Made by a program: the position numbers and the translations under genes. This document shows positions 36,592-46,056 of a DNA stretch of 64,000 nucleotides, piece after piece (the first letter of the stretch is position 1; the number at the start of each line of letters is the position of its first letter). Source of the stretch: Candidatus Omnitrophota bacterium (GTDB taxonomy: Bacteria; Omnitrophota; Omnitrophia; Omnitrophales; Aquincolibacteriaceae); assembly GCA_043718225.1 (NCBI GenBank), contig JAYSWD010000001.1, forward strand, positions 49,092-113,091. The letters are read 5' to 3'. The notes beneath the pieces are model-generated. The model did not search any database. It worked only from the letters and a program-made list of their open reading frames with translations, and was not told where the DNA came from.

Positions 36592-38856
36592 ATGCGCGTT
36601 CATGAGCTTGCGAAGCAAATTGATAAAACGAGCAAAGAGATTATCGCTGAATTTGAAAAAATCGGCGTTTCCTTAAAGAGCCATATGTCTGTTATTCCCG
36701 ACGGAGCACTGCATCAATTAGCCTCTGCGTCTGCGACGAAACCGGCGGCAACAGCACCACAGTCCGTTCCAAAAAATGAAGAAGCAAAACAAAAAACAGC
36801 AGCCGGTAAAGCTTCTGCCCCCGCGCCAAAAGCGCAGCCGGCAGCAGCCAAACAAAAAGAAACCCCTAAAAAAGAAATCGCGCCCGCTCCGACGGTTGCC
36901 GCTCCTGTTGTTAAAAAAGAAGAGATAAAGCCCGTGGCGGAAGTAAAAGCGCCTGCGCCCGCAGCCGCTTCCATTGCCGCAGCCGTGCCGAAAGCAGCGT
37001 CTGCGCCGGCACCTGTTCCGTCTCGCTCTGCCTCTGGGCCTGCAGCCCAACCGACAAAAACGCCATATGAACGGCCGCGCGTGGAAGAAGTTCTGCCTCA
37101 AAAAGTGACATTGGCATTCCCGATTACGGTCGGAAATTTTTCTCAAGCCACTGGCCGCAAGGTCGCGGAAATTATTAAAACTCTGATGAAAATCGGCGTT
37201 ATGGCAAATGTGAACCAGCTCCTCAACGAAGAAATCGGAATGGGGCTCGCTTCCGCGTTAAGCATTGAAATTGAAAAAGAACAGGATGAAATCGAAGCTT
37301 TGCTGCGTGACTCGGCTCAGAGCGAAGACCCTACAAAATTAAAATTCCGTCCTCCCGTTGTAACAATGATGGGCCATGTTGATCACGGCAAAACATCACT
37401 TTTAGATGCGATCCGCAAAACGAGCGTCGCTTCCCGTGAAAAAGGATTTATTACGCAGCATATCGGCGCTTATGGCGTAGATGTTCCGGGCAAAGGGCAT
37501 GTGACTTTTCTTGATACACCGGGCCACGAAGCTTTTACCGCCATGCGTGCGCGCGGCGCGAACGTGACGGACATTGTGGTGCTTGTGGTTGCGGCGGATG
37601 ACGGCATTATGCCCCAAACAGTGGAGGCGATCGCGCATGCGCGCGAAGCCGGTTGTCCTATTATCGTCGCGATCAATAAAATTGATTTACCCGCGTCGAA
37701 TCTTGAAAAAGTAATGGGCGGCTTACAGAAAGCTGATTTAACTCCCGAAGAATGGGGCGGAAAAACGATTTGCGTGAAAGTCTCCGCGAAAACCGGTGCC
37801 GGAATCGACGAGCTTTTGGATATGCTTTTGCTGCAAGCGGAAGTTTTGGAATTAAAAGCTAACCCCGACCGTTTTGCAGTGGGAACTATTATTGAAGGCC
37901 ACTTGTCAAAAGGCAGCGGCCCCGCGGCAACCGTGATCGTTCAGAACGGAACTTTGAAAACAGGCGATATTATCGTCGCAGGCCCGAACATGGGCCGCGT
38001 ACGCGCGCTGCGTGATGATTTGGGTAAACATATGAAAGAAGCGGGACCGTCTTATGCCGCGGAAGTCATGGGGCTTGACGGCGTACCCGCCGCGGGCGAA
38101 ATTTTTCACGTTGCGCCGGATGAAAAAATCGCGCGCCGTTTCGCGGAAAAGAAAAGACTCGAATTGCGCGAAAAAGAGATGCATTCGGCCAGCAAACATA
38201 TGTCGCTTGAAAGTGTTTACGAAAAAATTTCCGAAGGTAATTTTAAAGAACTTAAATTAATTGTTAAAGCGGACGTGCAGGGTTCGATCGAAGCTTTGCG
38301 CGACGCTCTCGAGCGCCTTTCAACCGAAATGTGCCGTGTCCATATTATTCACAGCGTTGCCGGCGGCATCAATGAATCCGACGTCATGCTTGCGGCGGCG
38401 AGTGACGCCATCATTATCGGTTTTCATGTGCGCGCGGACGCGAAAGCCAAAGTGCTTGCGGACCGCGAAGGCGTGGATTTACGCTATTATGGAATTATTT
38501 ATGAAGCCGTAGAGAACGTAAAAATGGCCATGGAAGGAATTCTATCACCGACGCTTACGGAAAAAATAGTCGGGACGATTGAAGTTCGCCAGATTTTCAA
38601 ATCTTCAAAAGTAGGCACAATCGGCGGCGCTAAAGTTAAAAAAGGCACGGTCACACGCTCCAATCAAATCCGCGTACTGCGCGACAATGTGGTGTTGTTT
38701 GAAGGTAAGCTGGCATCGCTTAAGCGTTTCAAGGATGACGTTCGTGAGGTCAAAGAAGGCTTCGAATGCGGCGTTGCGGTGGAAGGCTTTAATGATTTGC
38801 AGCCCGGAGATCTTATAGAAGCTTTCCATATTGAAAAAACTGCGACCAAACTTTAA
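36592..38856 (+). CDS. infB: translation initiation factor IF-2
   Basis: Ala/Pro-rich N-terminal region, a G-domain (GHVDHGKTSLLD, DTPGHEAF, NKID) and C-terminal domains. Confidence 0.9.
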   Translation: MRVHELAKQIDKTSKEIIAEFEKIGVSLKSHMSVIPDGALHQLASASATKPAATAPQSVPKNEEAKQKTAAGKASAPAPKAQPAAAKQKETPKKEIAPAPTVAAPVVKKEEIKPVAEVKAPAPAAASIAAAVPKAASAPAPVPSRSASGPAAQPTKTPYERPRVEEVLPQKVTLAFPITVGNFSQATGRKVAEIIKTLMKIGVMANVNQLLNEEIGMGLASALSIEIEKEQDEIEALLRDSAQSEDPTKLKFRPPVVTMMGHVDHGKTSLLDAIRKTSVASREKGFITQHIGAYGVDVPGKGHVTFLDTPGHEAFTAMRARGANVTDIVVLVVAADDGIMPQTVEAIAHAREAGCPIIVAINKIDLPASNLEKVMGGLQKADLTPEEWGGKTICVKVSAKTGAGIDELLDMLLLQAEVLELKANPDRFAVGTIIEGHLSKGSGPAATVIVQNGTLKTGDIIVAGPNMGRVRALRDDLGKHMKEAGPSYAAEVMGLDGVPAAGEIFHVAPDEKIARRFAEKKRLELREKEMHSASKHMSLESVYEKISEGNFKELKLIVKADVQGSIEALRDALERLSTEMCRVHIIHSVAGGINESDVMLAAASDAIIIGFHVRADAKAKVLADREGVDLRYYGIIYEAVENVKMAMEGILSPTLTEKIVGTIEVRQIFKSSKVGTIGGAKVKKGTVTRSNQIRVLRDNVVLFEGKLASLKRFKDDVREVKEGFECGVAVEGFNDLQPGDLIEAFHIEKTATKL

Positions 38857-38957
38857 TTCGCTGAAAAATGTTCATCTGCTTCGTCAGTCGCTTCGCTTCC
38901 TTGTGCGGGTATTGCCGCATACGCCTCCGCGGGCGCTCGCGACTTCCTCGCGTCTAA
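38854..38957 (+). repeat. Family B repeat
   Basis: Copy after infB: atctgcttcgtcag ... cttccttgtgcgggtattgccgcatacgcctccgcggg ... tttttttga. Confidence 0.75.
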
Positions 38958-39002
38958 ATTTTTTTGAGCGAATTTAATATTTTTTGAATTTAGGAATTAT
39001 TT

Positions 39003-39398
39003 ATGCAGGGAAAAAGAGTTGATCGCGTGGGCCAGCTGGTTCAACAGGAAATGAGCAAGCTGATTTTAGGGCGCACCAAAGACCCCCGGATTGGATTTAC
39101 AACCGTGACGCATGTAAAAATGACGGCTGATTTAAAATCGGCGGTTGTGTTTGTCAGCGTCATGGGCACTGAAAAAATAAAACAAAATACGATCGCGGGA
39201 CTTGAACATGCGCGCGGTTTTTTTCAGCATGAAATCGGCGAAGCTCTTAAGCTGCGGTTTACTCCTAAAATCCAATTTGAACTTGACCGCTCCATTGACC
39301 GCAGTTTGGAAATCGATCAAATCTTAAAGAAAGTGACCCCGGCCAATTTGCCGGCGGAATCATCGGCTGAATTATCACAAGAAGAGGACGCTTCATGA
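39003..39398 (+). CDS. rbfA: ribosome-binding factor A
   Basis: RbfA KH-like core (RVGQLVQQEMSKLI, LRFTPKIQFELD). Confidence 0.85.
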   Translation: MQGKRVDRVGQLVQQEMSKLILGRTKDPRIGFTTVTHVKMTADLKSAVVFVSVMGTEKIKQNTIAGLEHARGFFQHEIGEALKLRFTPKIQFELDRSIDRSLEIDQILKKVTPANLPAESSAELSQEEDAS

Positions 39399-40138
39399 GC
39401 ACGCCCGTGCCACTTTCCGTGTCAGCGGATATTAACGGTATTTTGCTGGTTGATAAGCCTACCGGATGGACTTCGCATGATGTCTGTGCTTTTGTGCGCG
39501 GACGTTTTAGGATTCCGAAAGTTGGGCATGCCGGAACGCTTGATCCCAATGCAACCGGGCTTTTAGTATTGCTTTTGGGCCGGTTTACGCGCCAGTCCGC
39601 AGATTGGAGTTCTTGCGACAAAGATTATGAAGGGGCCATGGAACTTGGCGTCGAAACAGACAGCCACGACCGCCAGGGCAAGGTCACGAGAGAAGCTCCT
39701 GCGGATCACATCACTGAAGCGGCCGTCAAAGACGGAATGAAAAAATTTGTCGGAGAAATCATGCAGATTCCGCCGATGGTCTCGGCTGTAAAGCACCAGG
39801 GCAAACGTTTGTATGAACTCGCGCGCAAAGGACAAGTGGTCGAACGCGAAAGCCGTCCCGCGATTGTGTATGGCTGGGATTTTCTGGAAAAGAACGGCAA
39901 TTTCATCAAATTTAAATGTTCCGTTTCCAAAGGAACTTATGTGCGTACGCTTGCCGATGATTTGGGCCATCAATTAGGCTGCGGCGCGGTACTCGCTGAA
40001 TTGCGGCGCACGCGTTGCGGCCCTTTCAAAATTGAAAACAGCGTCCGCGTGGATCAGCTCAAAGAAATGCTCAGCGAAGATTTTCCCGCGCGTGTGCTGA
40101 TTCCTTCCGCCGCTGCAGCGAAGCCGCCGATTCAATAA
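39395..40138 (+). CDS. truB: tRNA pseudouridine(55) synthase
   Basis: Catalytic motif GHAGTLDPNATGLLVL. The start overlaps the rbfA stop. Confidence 0.9.
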   Translation: MSTPVPLSVSADINGILLVDKPTGWTSHDVCAFVRGRFRIPKVGHAGTLDPNATGLLVLLLGRFTRQSADWSSCDKDYEGAMELGVETDSHDRQGKVTREAPADHITEAAVKDGMKKFVGEIMQIPPMVSAVKHQGKRLYELARKGQVVERESRPAIVYGWDFLEKNGNFIKFKCSVSKGTYVRTLADDLGHQLGCGAVLAELRRTRCGPFKIENSVRVDQLKEMLSEDFPARVLIPSAAAAKPPIQ

Positions 40139-40142
40139 AAGC

Positions 40143-41132
40143 ATGCGGATTTTTAAGGTAACGGCGTCATTTAAAAAAATTACCAAACGGCCGCTTGTTC
40201 TTGCGCTCGGAAATTTTGACGGTATTCACCGGGGGCATCAAAAGCTTTTAGATTATGTTGTCAGCCAGGCAAAGAAACTGCATGGTTGCGCGGCAGTGTT
40301 TACTTTTCAAGAGCATCCGCAAGCGATTTTGCATCCGGAACATGCGCCCGAAAGCCTGCAAGCGCTTGAGCAAAAACTGGCGCTTTTCCGAGCGCGCGGA
40401 ATCGAGATTTCTTTTTTACAGAATTTTGATTCGCGTTTTTCGATGCTTTCGGCGGAAGAGTTTGTAAAAAAAATTCTTGTTAAGCAGCTTGGCATTCGCG
40501 AGATTTGCCTCGGTTATAACGCGCGTTTTGGCCGCGGGCGGGAAGGCGATGCAGATCTTCTCCGTAAGCTGGGCAAAGAATGCGGTTTTAAGGTTTTTCA
40601 GGCGCGGCCTGTCGCTTGGCGGGGAGTGCCGGTTTCAAGTACGGCGGTCAGAAAAGCCGTACATGCGGGGAAAATGAACCTCGCGGCGCAATTATTGGGG
40701 CGGCCGTGGAGCGTAGCGGGTATCATCAAGCGCGGAAGTGCGCGCGGGGAAAAACTGGGGTTTGCTACGGCGAACATGGATTTAAATAAATATGCACGCC
40801 CGGCTTTTGGAGTTTATGCCGTCCATGTGCTGCTACATAATATTGCCTCTGCGCCTAAGGCGCAACCGGCGCAGCGTCGTTCAGCCTCTGGGCTCACCCA
40901 ACCGGCATTTTGCAACGGTGTGGCGAATTTTGGATTGAGGCCTACTTTTGGAGGAACGGTAAAGCCTGTTTTGGAAACCCATCTTTTTAATTTTAAGAAA
41001 AACATTTACGGAAAAAAAATAGAAGTATTTTTTGTGAAGCGCCTGAGAAATGAAAAAAAATTTACCTCCAAAGAAGAGCTCGCGAAACAAATTCAAAAAG
41101 ATATTCGTGCCGCGAAGGTCGCGTTGAAATAA
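40143..41132 (+). CDS. ribF: bifunctional riboflavin kinase / FMN adenylyltransferase, with a ~20 aa in-frame insertion made of two Family A repeats
   Basis: N-terminal FMNAT (GNFDGIHRGHQ) and C-terminal riboflavin kinase (GVYAV..GVANFGLRPTF). The insertion ASAPKAQPAQRRSASGLTQPA sits in a loop that is absent from E. coli RibF. Confidence 0.85.
   Translation: MRIFKVTASFKKITKRPLVLALGNFDGIHRGHQKLLDYVVSQAKKLHGCAAVFTFQEHPQAILHPEHAPESLQALEQKLALFRARGIEISFLQNFDSRFSMLSAEEFVKKILVKQLGIREICLGYNARFGRGREGDADLLRKLGKECGFKVFQARPVAWRGVPVSSTAVRKAVHAGKMNLAAQLLGRPWSVAGIIKRGSARGEKLGFATANMDLNKYARPAFGVYAVHVLLHNIASAPKAQPAQRRSASGLTQPAFCNGVANFGLRPTFGGTVKPVLETHLFNFKKNIYGKKIEVFFVKRLRNEKKFTSKEELAKQIQKDIRAAKVALK
40846..40870 (+). 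repeat. Family A repeat, in-frame inside ribF
   Basis: gcctctgcgcctaaggcgcaaccggc. Confidence 0.75.
40884..40906 (+). repeat. Family A repeat, in-frame inside ribF
   Basis: gcctctgggctcacccaaccggc. Confidence 0.75.
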
Positions 41133-41134
41133 AA

Positions 41135-41791
41135 ATGAATCAAAAAAAAAGTTCTTACAAGCTTCCGGTTGATAGACGCGCGTTCCCCGGTGTTGTTTTG
41201 CTTATTATTTTAAGTGGAATCAGTTTATTTTTGGTTCCGGCGAACATTGTTTTTTTTGCGACGTTGTTTTGCCTGTTTTTGCACGTTTCTTTTTTTCGTG
41301 ATCCTTGCCGCAAACCGGCGGGTGAGGGCGTCCTGTCGCCGGCGGACGGCAAAATTATCGAAATCAGCATATGCGATGAACCGCGTTTTATAGGCGCTAA
41401 AGCGGTCAAAATCGGAATTTTCCTTTCCGTTTTGAATGTGCATGTGAACCGCATGCCCTGGAACGGTACTTTGGAGTGGCAGGAACATGTCCCCGGAAAA
41501 TTTCTCGACGCGCGTGACCCGGAATCGTCCAAGCAGAATGAAAGCAATTGGATGGGCTATTATGATGGCAGCCGAAAGTTTATTGTGAGGCAGATTTCCG
41601 GGATGATCGCGCGGCATATTCACTGGGATGTTAAAAAGGGCGAAACGCTTGCGCGGGGCGCTAAAATAGGTATGATTTGCTATGGATCCCGGGCGGAACT
41701 TTATCTTCCGGCGGAAGAATTTGAAACCTCGGTTCATCTGGGGGATGATGTGAAATCAGCCGAAACGGTCGTGGGAGTATGGAAAAAATAA
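41135..41791 (+). CDS. psd: phosphatidylserine decarboxylase (short/archaeal-type proenzyme)
   Basis: SPADGKI, VHVNRMP and the C-terminal GSR self-cleavage-like region, with pssA adjacent. Confidence 0.75.
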   Translation: MNQKKSSYKLPVDRRAFPGVVLLIILSGISLFLVPANIVFFATLFCLFLHVSFFRDPCRKPAGEGVLSPADGKIIEISICDEPRFIGAKAVKIGIFLSVLNVHVNRMPWNGTLEWQEHVPGKFLDARDPESSKQNESNWMGYYDGSRKFIVRQISGMIARHIHWDVKKGETLARGAKIGMICYGSRAELYLPAEEFETSVHLGDDVKSAETVVGVWKK

Positions 41792-42516
41792 ACGAACGCA
41801 CAAAACGGAAAATGAGATTCGCGCCGGCTGATGCCGCGACATCCATGAACTTGGTTTGCGGACTGCTGTCGATGGTGATGGCGGCGCATGATCAGCCGTA
41901 TCATGCGATTTGGCTGATTGTGATGGCGATGGTGTTTGATTCGGTGGACGGCAATCTTGCCAAGATGTTCAACACCGTTTCGGAATTTGGCCGTGAGCTC
42001 GATTCGCTCGCCGATATGGTTTCATTCGGAACCGCGCCCGCTTTTCTATTCGCGGAATTATTTATTCAGCCGGAATTTTCATTTATCGCTTTTTTAGCGC
42101 CGGCAACTTATACAGTTTGTGCCGCAATAAGGCTTGCGCGCTTTAATCTTCGTCCGCCAATGAAGGGCTATTTTCAGGGGTTGCCGTCGCCTTCCGCGGC
42201 TTTGGGAGTAGTCATGTTTGCGCTCGCGGGACTTCATAATGGCTGGTTCGGTTACCCGCTTTTCTCAGGAATTTCACTTTTGTTCATGGGCAGCCTGGCA
42301 GTTTTAATGGTGAGCTATATTCCTTATCCTAAACCCTTCGGTGAATCCTATGAGATTTGGAAACCTTTTATGGCATTGGCTGGAACAGCTTTTCTTTTAT
42401 CTTGGGCGGTGTTTGACCGCGAGATTGGGTTTTTGACTTTGATGCTGGTCTACATAATTGGCTCACCCTTTTACGGTCTTTCGCTTAGCAAAAAGGCACA
42501 AACCGCACTTAATTGA
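41779..42516 (+). CDS. pssA: CDP-alcohol phosphatidyltransferase (phosphatidylserine synthase-like)
   Basis: CDP-OH P-transferase motif D..DG..AK...G...D...D and multiple TM segments. The start overlaps the psd 3' end. Confidence 0.75.
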   Translation: MEKINERTKRKMRFAPADAATSMNLVCGLLSMVMAAHDQPYHAIWLIVMAMVFDSVDGNLAKMFNTVSEFGRELDSLADMVSFGTAPAFLFAELFIQPEFSFIAFLAPATYTVCAAIRLARFNLRPPMKGYFQGLPSPSAALGVVMFALAGLHNGWFGYPLFSGISLLFMGSLAVLMVSYIPYPKPFGESYEIWKPFMALAGTAFLLSWAVFDREIGFLTLMLVYIIGSPFYGLSLSKKAQTALN

Positions 42517-42531
42517 TTGCCGGTTTGTTTT

Positions 42532-42553
42532 GCTCTGACCCCTGGCTTAGCCG
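42532..42553 (+). repeat. Family A-like variant
   Basis: gctctgacccctggcttagccg. Confidence 0.4.
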
Positions 42554-42730
42554 AATACCTGAGACATAACCATTGATATAGAATATAGTTACATTAACTT
42601 AGCATAAGTGTACTTCGAAAGATTAACGGCTGAGCCTTCCAATATAAATCTTTACAATTTTAAACCGCCTAGAGTACAATCCTCGGCTCAAAGAAGAAGA
42701 ATCAAGACAGACGAAGAGGAATAAAAAAAC

Positions 42731-43000
42731 ATGGCATTGACGAAAGAAAAAAAGAAAGAAACGATCGACAAATTTAAGATCAACAAGAACGATGCCGGCT
42801 CTGCTGCCGTTCAGGTTGCCATTTTAACCGAAAGAATTAATGGTCTTTCCGGTCATTTTGAAAAAAATAAAAAAGATAATCATTCCCGTCGCGGACTTTT
42901 GACGATGGTTGCCCGCCGTAAGACACTTTTGACTTACGTGATGCGGCAAGATCCGAAGAAACATGCGGATCTCCTCGAAAAGCTGAATCTGCGCAAGTAA
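42731..43000 (+). CDS. rpsO: 30S ribosomal protein S15
   Basis: GSAAVQVAILTERINGLSGHF signature, 89 aa. Confidence 0.9.
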   Translation: MALTKEKKKETIDKFKINKNDAGSAAVQVAILTERINGLSGHFEKNKKDNHSRRGLLTMVARRKTLLTYVMRQDPKKHADLLEKLNLRK

Positions 43001-43016
43001 GCACTGTTTTGTTTTT

Positions 43017-43039
43017 GCTCTGCGTTGAATACAACCGCA
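43017..43039 (+). repeat. Family A degenerate copy in the rpsO-pnp spacer
   Basis: gctctgcgttgaatacaaccgc. Confidence 0.55.
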
Positions 43040-43089
43040 CTGCGATACACTTCAAATTATTAACAACTAACACAAACGGAATTTAATTT

Positions 43090-45279
43090 ATGTTGAACCC
43101 TAAGCAAGTGTCTTTCAATCTCGGCGGACGCGAATATATTCTTGAAACAGGTAAAGTTGCCCGTCAGGCCAGCGGGTCAGTGCTCGTAAAATGTGGCGAC
43201 AGCGTTGTGCTTGTCGCGGTTGTCGGCGCTCCGGAATCGGAAACTCCACGCGATTTTTTTCCTTTAACCGTGGATTTTCGTGAACGCGCTTATGCCGCAG
43301 GCCGTTTTCCGGGCGGATATTTCAAGCGTGAAGGCAAAGCATCCGAGCGCGAAGTTTTAGTTTCGCGTTTGATTGACCGCCCGATCCGCGCGCTTTTCCC
43401 TAAGAATTACCGCAGCGAAGTCAGCGTTTCGATCATGGTGCTTTCATCTGATCCCGATGCACAGACCGATATCATGGCGATGATCGGAGCTTCGGCTGCG
43501 ATTCACATCTCAGACATTCCTTTTGCCGAACCGATGGGTTCGGTGCGTGTCGGACTCATTGACGGTAACTTTGTCATTAATCCATCCGCCGCGGAACTTG
43601 AAACCAGCGATTTGGATCTTGTTATGGCCGGCACTAAAAATGCCGTCGGCATGCTTGAAGCGGGCGCAAATGAAATTTCCGAAGAAAAAGTTTTCGAAGC
43701 GATTCAATTCGGCCATAAAGCCATTCAGGAAGTTATTGCCGCGCAGCAAAAACTTTTTGACTTGGTGAAACCGATTAAGCGTGTTGTTAAAGGCGTTCAG
43801 ATCAACGAAGAATACGTGAATAAAATCACCGAAAGCCTCGGCTCTGAATTTAAGAATGTTTTCGGCAAGAAAACAAAAGTTGAGCAGGATGCAGTTTTAG
43901 GCGCGATTAAAGAAAAAGCGCTCGCGCTTTTTGACACTACAAGCGCCGATTTTAAGAAAGCCGATTTCATCGAAGCTTTCGCTAAAGTTGAAAAGAAAAA
44001 AGTCCGCGAAGGATATATTAAGGACAACAAGCGCGTCGACGGCCGCGGTTTCTACGATATTCGCCAAATTGTATGCGAAGTCGGAATGCTGCCCCGCACA
44101 CACGGTTCCTCGCTTTTTACACGCGGTCAAACGCAGAGTTTGGGCGTTGCGACGCTTGGCACAGGCCAGGACGAGCAGACGGTTGATTTGCTGCATGGGC
44201 CGACTTCCAAGAGTTTCCTTTTGCATTACAACTTTCCTTCATTTAGCGTGAATGAATCCAAGCCGGATCGCGGGCCGGGCCGCCGCGAAGTAGGGCATGG
44301 CGCATTGGCAGAACGGGCTTTATCGCCTGTGATTCCTTCGCCTGAAGATTTTCCGTACACCATTCGCGTTGTTTCCGATATTTTGGAATCAAACGGTTCA
44401 AGTTCAATGGCGAGTGTTTGCGCCGGAACTTTGGCTTTGATGGATGCAGGCGTACCGATTAAGTCGCCAGTTTCCGGAATCGCGATGGGCCTTGTTACCG
44501 ACGGCGATGAATTCCGTGTATTAACGGACATTGCCGGTATCGAAGACCATCTGGGCGATATGGATTTCAAAGCCGCCGGAACAATCAACGGTCTTACGGC
44601 AATTCAAATGGATTTGAAGCTTTCGGGAATCAGTGAAAAAATTCTCAAAACAGCTTTTGATGATTCGAAAAAAGCGCGCCTCACGATCATGAAACTTTTG
44701 ACGGATTGCATCTCTGAGCCGAAAAAAGAAGTTTCCGAATTCGCTCCGCGTATTACGACCATCCAGGTTGATCCCGAGAAAATCGGCGAAATCATCGGCC
44801 CTGGCGGAAAGAATATCCGTAAGCTTGTCGAAGAAACCGGCGCCAAGATTGATATTTCCGATGACGGCAGCATCAATATTTCCGCGGTTAATAAAACCAG
44901 CGTCGATGCCGCAATCGCCAAAATTCAATCGATTACCGAAGAACCCGAAGTCGGCAAAACCTATGACGCGGAAGTGAAGAAGCTGACATCGTTCGGCGCA
45001 TTCTGCGAAATTATTCCGGGCAAAGACGGATTGTTGCACGTTTCTGAAATGGCCGACGGCTTTGTGAAAAGCCCCGGTGATTATTTGAAAGTGGGCGACA
45101 AAGTTACCGTTCAGGTTGTCGGTGTTGATGACCGCGGCAAAGTTTCTTTGAGTGTGAAAGCGATTAATCCTGCGGGACTTCCGCTTTTGCCTGAAAGCGA
45201 ACGCGTTATGATCGAAGCTGAAGCTCCGCGCGGTGACCGCGGCGGACGCGGCGGCGGTTTTCGCGGCGGTAGACGCTGA
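43090..45279 (+). CDS. pnp: polyribonucleotide nucleotidyltransferase (PNPase)
   Basis: Two RNase PH domains, a KH and an S1 domain, and an RGG-rich C-terminus, downstream of rpsO. Confidence 0.9.
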   Translation: MLNPKQVSFNLGGREYILETGKVARQASGSVLVKCGDSVVLVAVVGAPESETPRDFFPLTVDFRERAYAAGRFPGGYFKREGKASEREVLVSRLIDRPIRALFPKNYRSEVSVSIMVLSSDPDAQTDIMAMIGASAAIHISDIPFAEPMGSVRVGLIDGNFVINPSAAELETSDLDLVMAGTKNAVGMLEAGANEISEEKVFEAIQFGHKAIQEVIAAQQKLFDLVKPIKRVVKGVQINEEYVNKITESLGSEFKNVFGKKTKVEQDAVLGAIKEKALALFDTTSADFKKADFIEAFAKVEKKKVREGYIKDNKRVDGRGFYDIRQIVCEVGMLPRTHGSSLFTRGQTQSLGVATLGTGQDEQTVDLLHGPTSKSFLLHYNFPSFSVNESKPDRGPGRREVGHGALAERALSPVIPSPEDFPYTIRVVSDILESNGSSSMASVCAGTLALMDAGVPIKSPVSGIAMGLVTDGDEFRVLTDIAGIEDHLGDMDFKAAGTINGLTAIQMDLKLSGISEKILKTAFDDSKKARLTIMKLLTDCISEPKKEVSEFAPRITTIQVDPEKIGEIIGPGGKNIRKLVEETGAKIDISDDGSINISAVNKTSVDAAIAKIQSITEEPEVGKTYDAEVKKLTSFGAFCEIIPGKDGLLHVSEMADGFVKSPGDYLKVGDKVTVQVVGVDDRGKVSLSVKAINPAGLPLLPESERVMIEAEAPRGDRGGRGGGFRGGRR

Positions 45280-45287
45280 TTCGTTTT

Positions 45288-45310
45288 GCCTCTGCGCAAA
45301 GCGCAACCGA
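45288..45310 (+). repeat. Family A repeat
   Basis: gcctctgcgcaaagcgcaaccga. Confidence 0.75.
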
Positions 45311-45326
45311 CGACAATTATATTTTT

Positions 45327-45358
45327 GCTCTGAGCTGCGCTCAACCGCGGCTCAGAGC
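45327..45358 (+). repeat. Family A repeat with a head-to-head partial inverted copy
   Basis: gctctgagctgcgctcaaccgcggctcagagc. Confidence 0.8.
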
Positions 45359-45390
45359 AAACTTTTTTTAGGGAAACTGTTTTTATTTAG

Positions 45391-45412
45391 TTCTGGGCTT
45401 CGCCCAACCACA
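45391..45412 (+). repeat. Family A repeat
   Basis: ttctgggcttcgcccaaccaca. Confidence 0.7.
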
Positions 45413-45423
45413 GGAAGAGAAAT

Positions 45424-45870
45424 ATGAGCATGCAAATCTCCGTTAAAACATTGCCGCATTTTGAGGGTTTGGAGCTTCCTAAATATCAGACCGAGGGGTC
45501 AGCCGGTTTAGATCTTACGGCGGCATGCCGCGAGGATATTATTATTCGCTGCGGAGAACGCAAGCTTGTCCCTACGGGAATGTGCATCTCCATTCCGCAA
45601 AATTACGAAGTTCAAATCCGTCCGCGCAGCGGCCTCGCCTTGAAAAATGGCATCACATTGCCTAACTCACCGGGCACGATTGATTCGGATTACCGCGGCG
45701 AGCTGCAGGTGATTTTAATGAATCTTGGAAATGAACCCTTTACGGTCAAACGCGGTATGCGTATCGCTCAAATGATTGCCGCGCCTGTTGTCAAAGCCAA
45801 TTTGGTGTCTGTCGACAACTTGGAAGACACGGTTAGAGCCGCGGGCGGCTTTGGCAGCACAGGACATTAA
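45424..45870 (+). CDS. dut: dUTP diphosphatase
   Basis: dUTPase motifs (GSAGLDL, RPRSGLA, GTIDSDYRGE). Confidence 0.9.
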   Translation: MSMQISVKTLPHFEGLELPKYQTEGSAGLDLTAACREDIIIRCGERKLVPTGMCISIPQNYEVQIRPRSGLALKNGITLPNSPGTIDSDYRGELQVILMNLGNEPFTVKRGMRIAQMIAAPVVKANLVSVDNLEDTVRAAGGFGSTGH

Positions 45871-45963
45871 GCAAGTTTCTGCGCATAATAAACTGCGTTT
45901 AGTGCTTAGGAATTTCAAGCATCTTTCCGATAATATGAGAGCTCTATCTCAATTGTTGTTTTG

Positions 45964-45989
45964 GTTCTGCGCTTTTGGCGCAACCACGG
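45964..45989 (+). repeat. Family A repeat
   Basis: gttctgcgcttttggcgcaaccacgg. Confidence 0.7.
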
Positions 45990-46022
45990 TAAAATTTCTA
46001 AAATAACTTTATATTGGCTTAA

Positions 46023-46046
46023 GCGGTTGAGCCTTCAGCTCAGAGC
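46023..46046 (-). repeat. Family A repeat, reverse orientation
   Basis: gcggttgagccttcagctcagagc. Confidence 0.8.
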
Positions 46047-46056
46047 AAAAAATATC

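Noticed and set aside
44521-45306. 261 aa minus-strand ORF antisense to pnp; likewise 8479-9123 (antisense to trmD), 36718-37146 (antisense to infB), 41225-41737 (antisense to psd), 55834-56250 (antisense to marC) and 59465-59704 and 59861-60175 (antisense to the TerC gene)
   Set aside because: Each overlaps a strongly supported conserved gene on the other strand. They show repetitive, low-complexity composition and no RBS.
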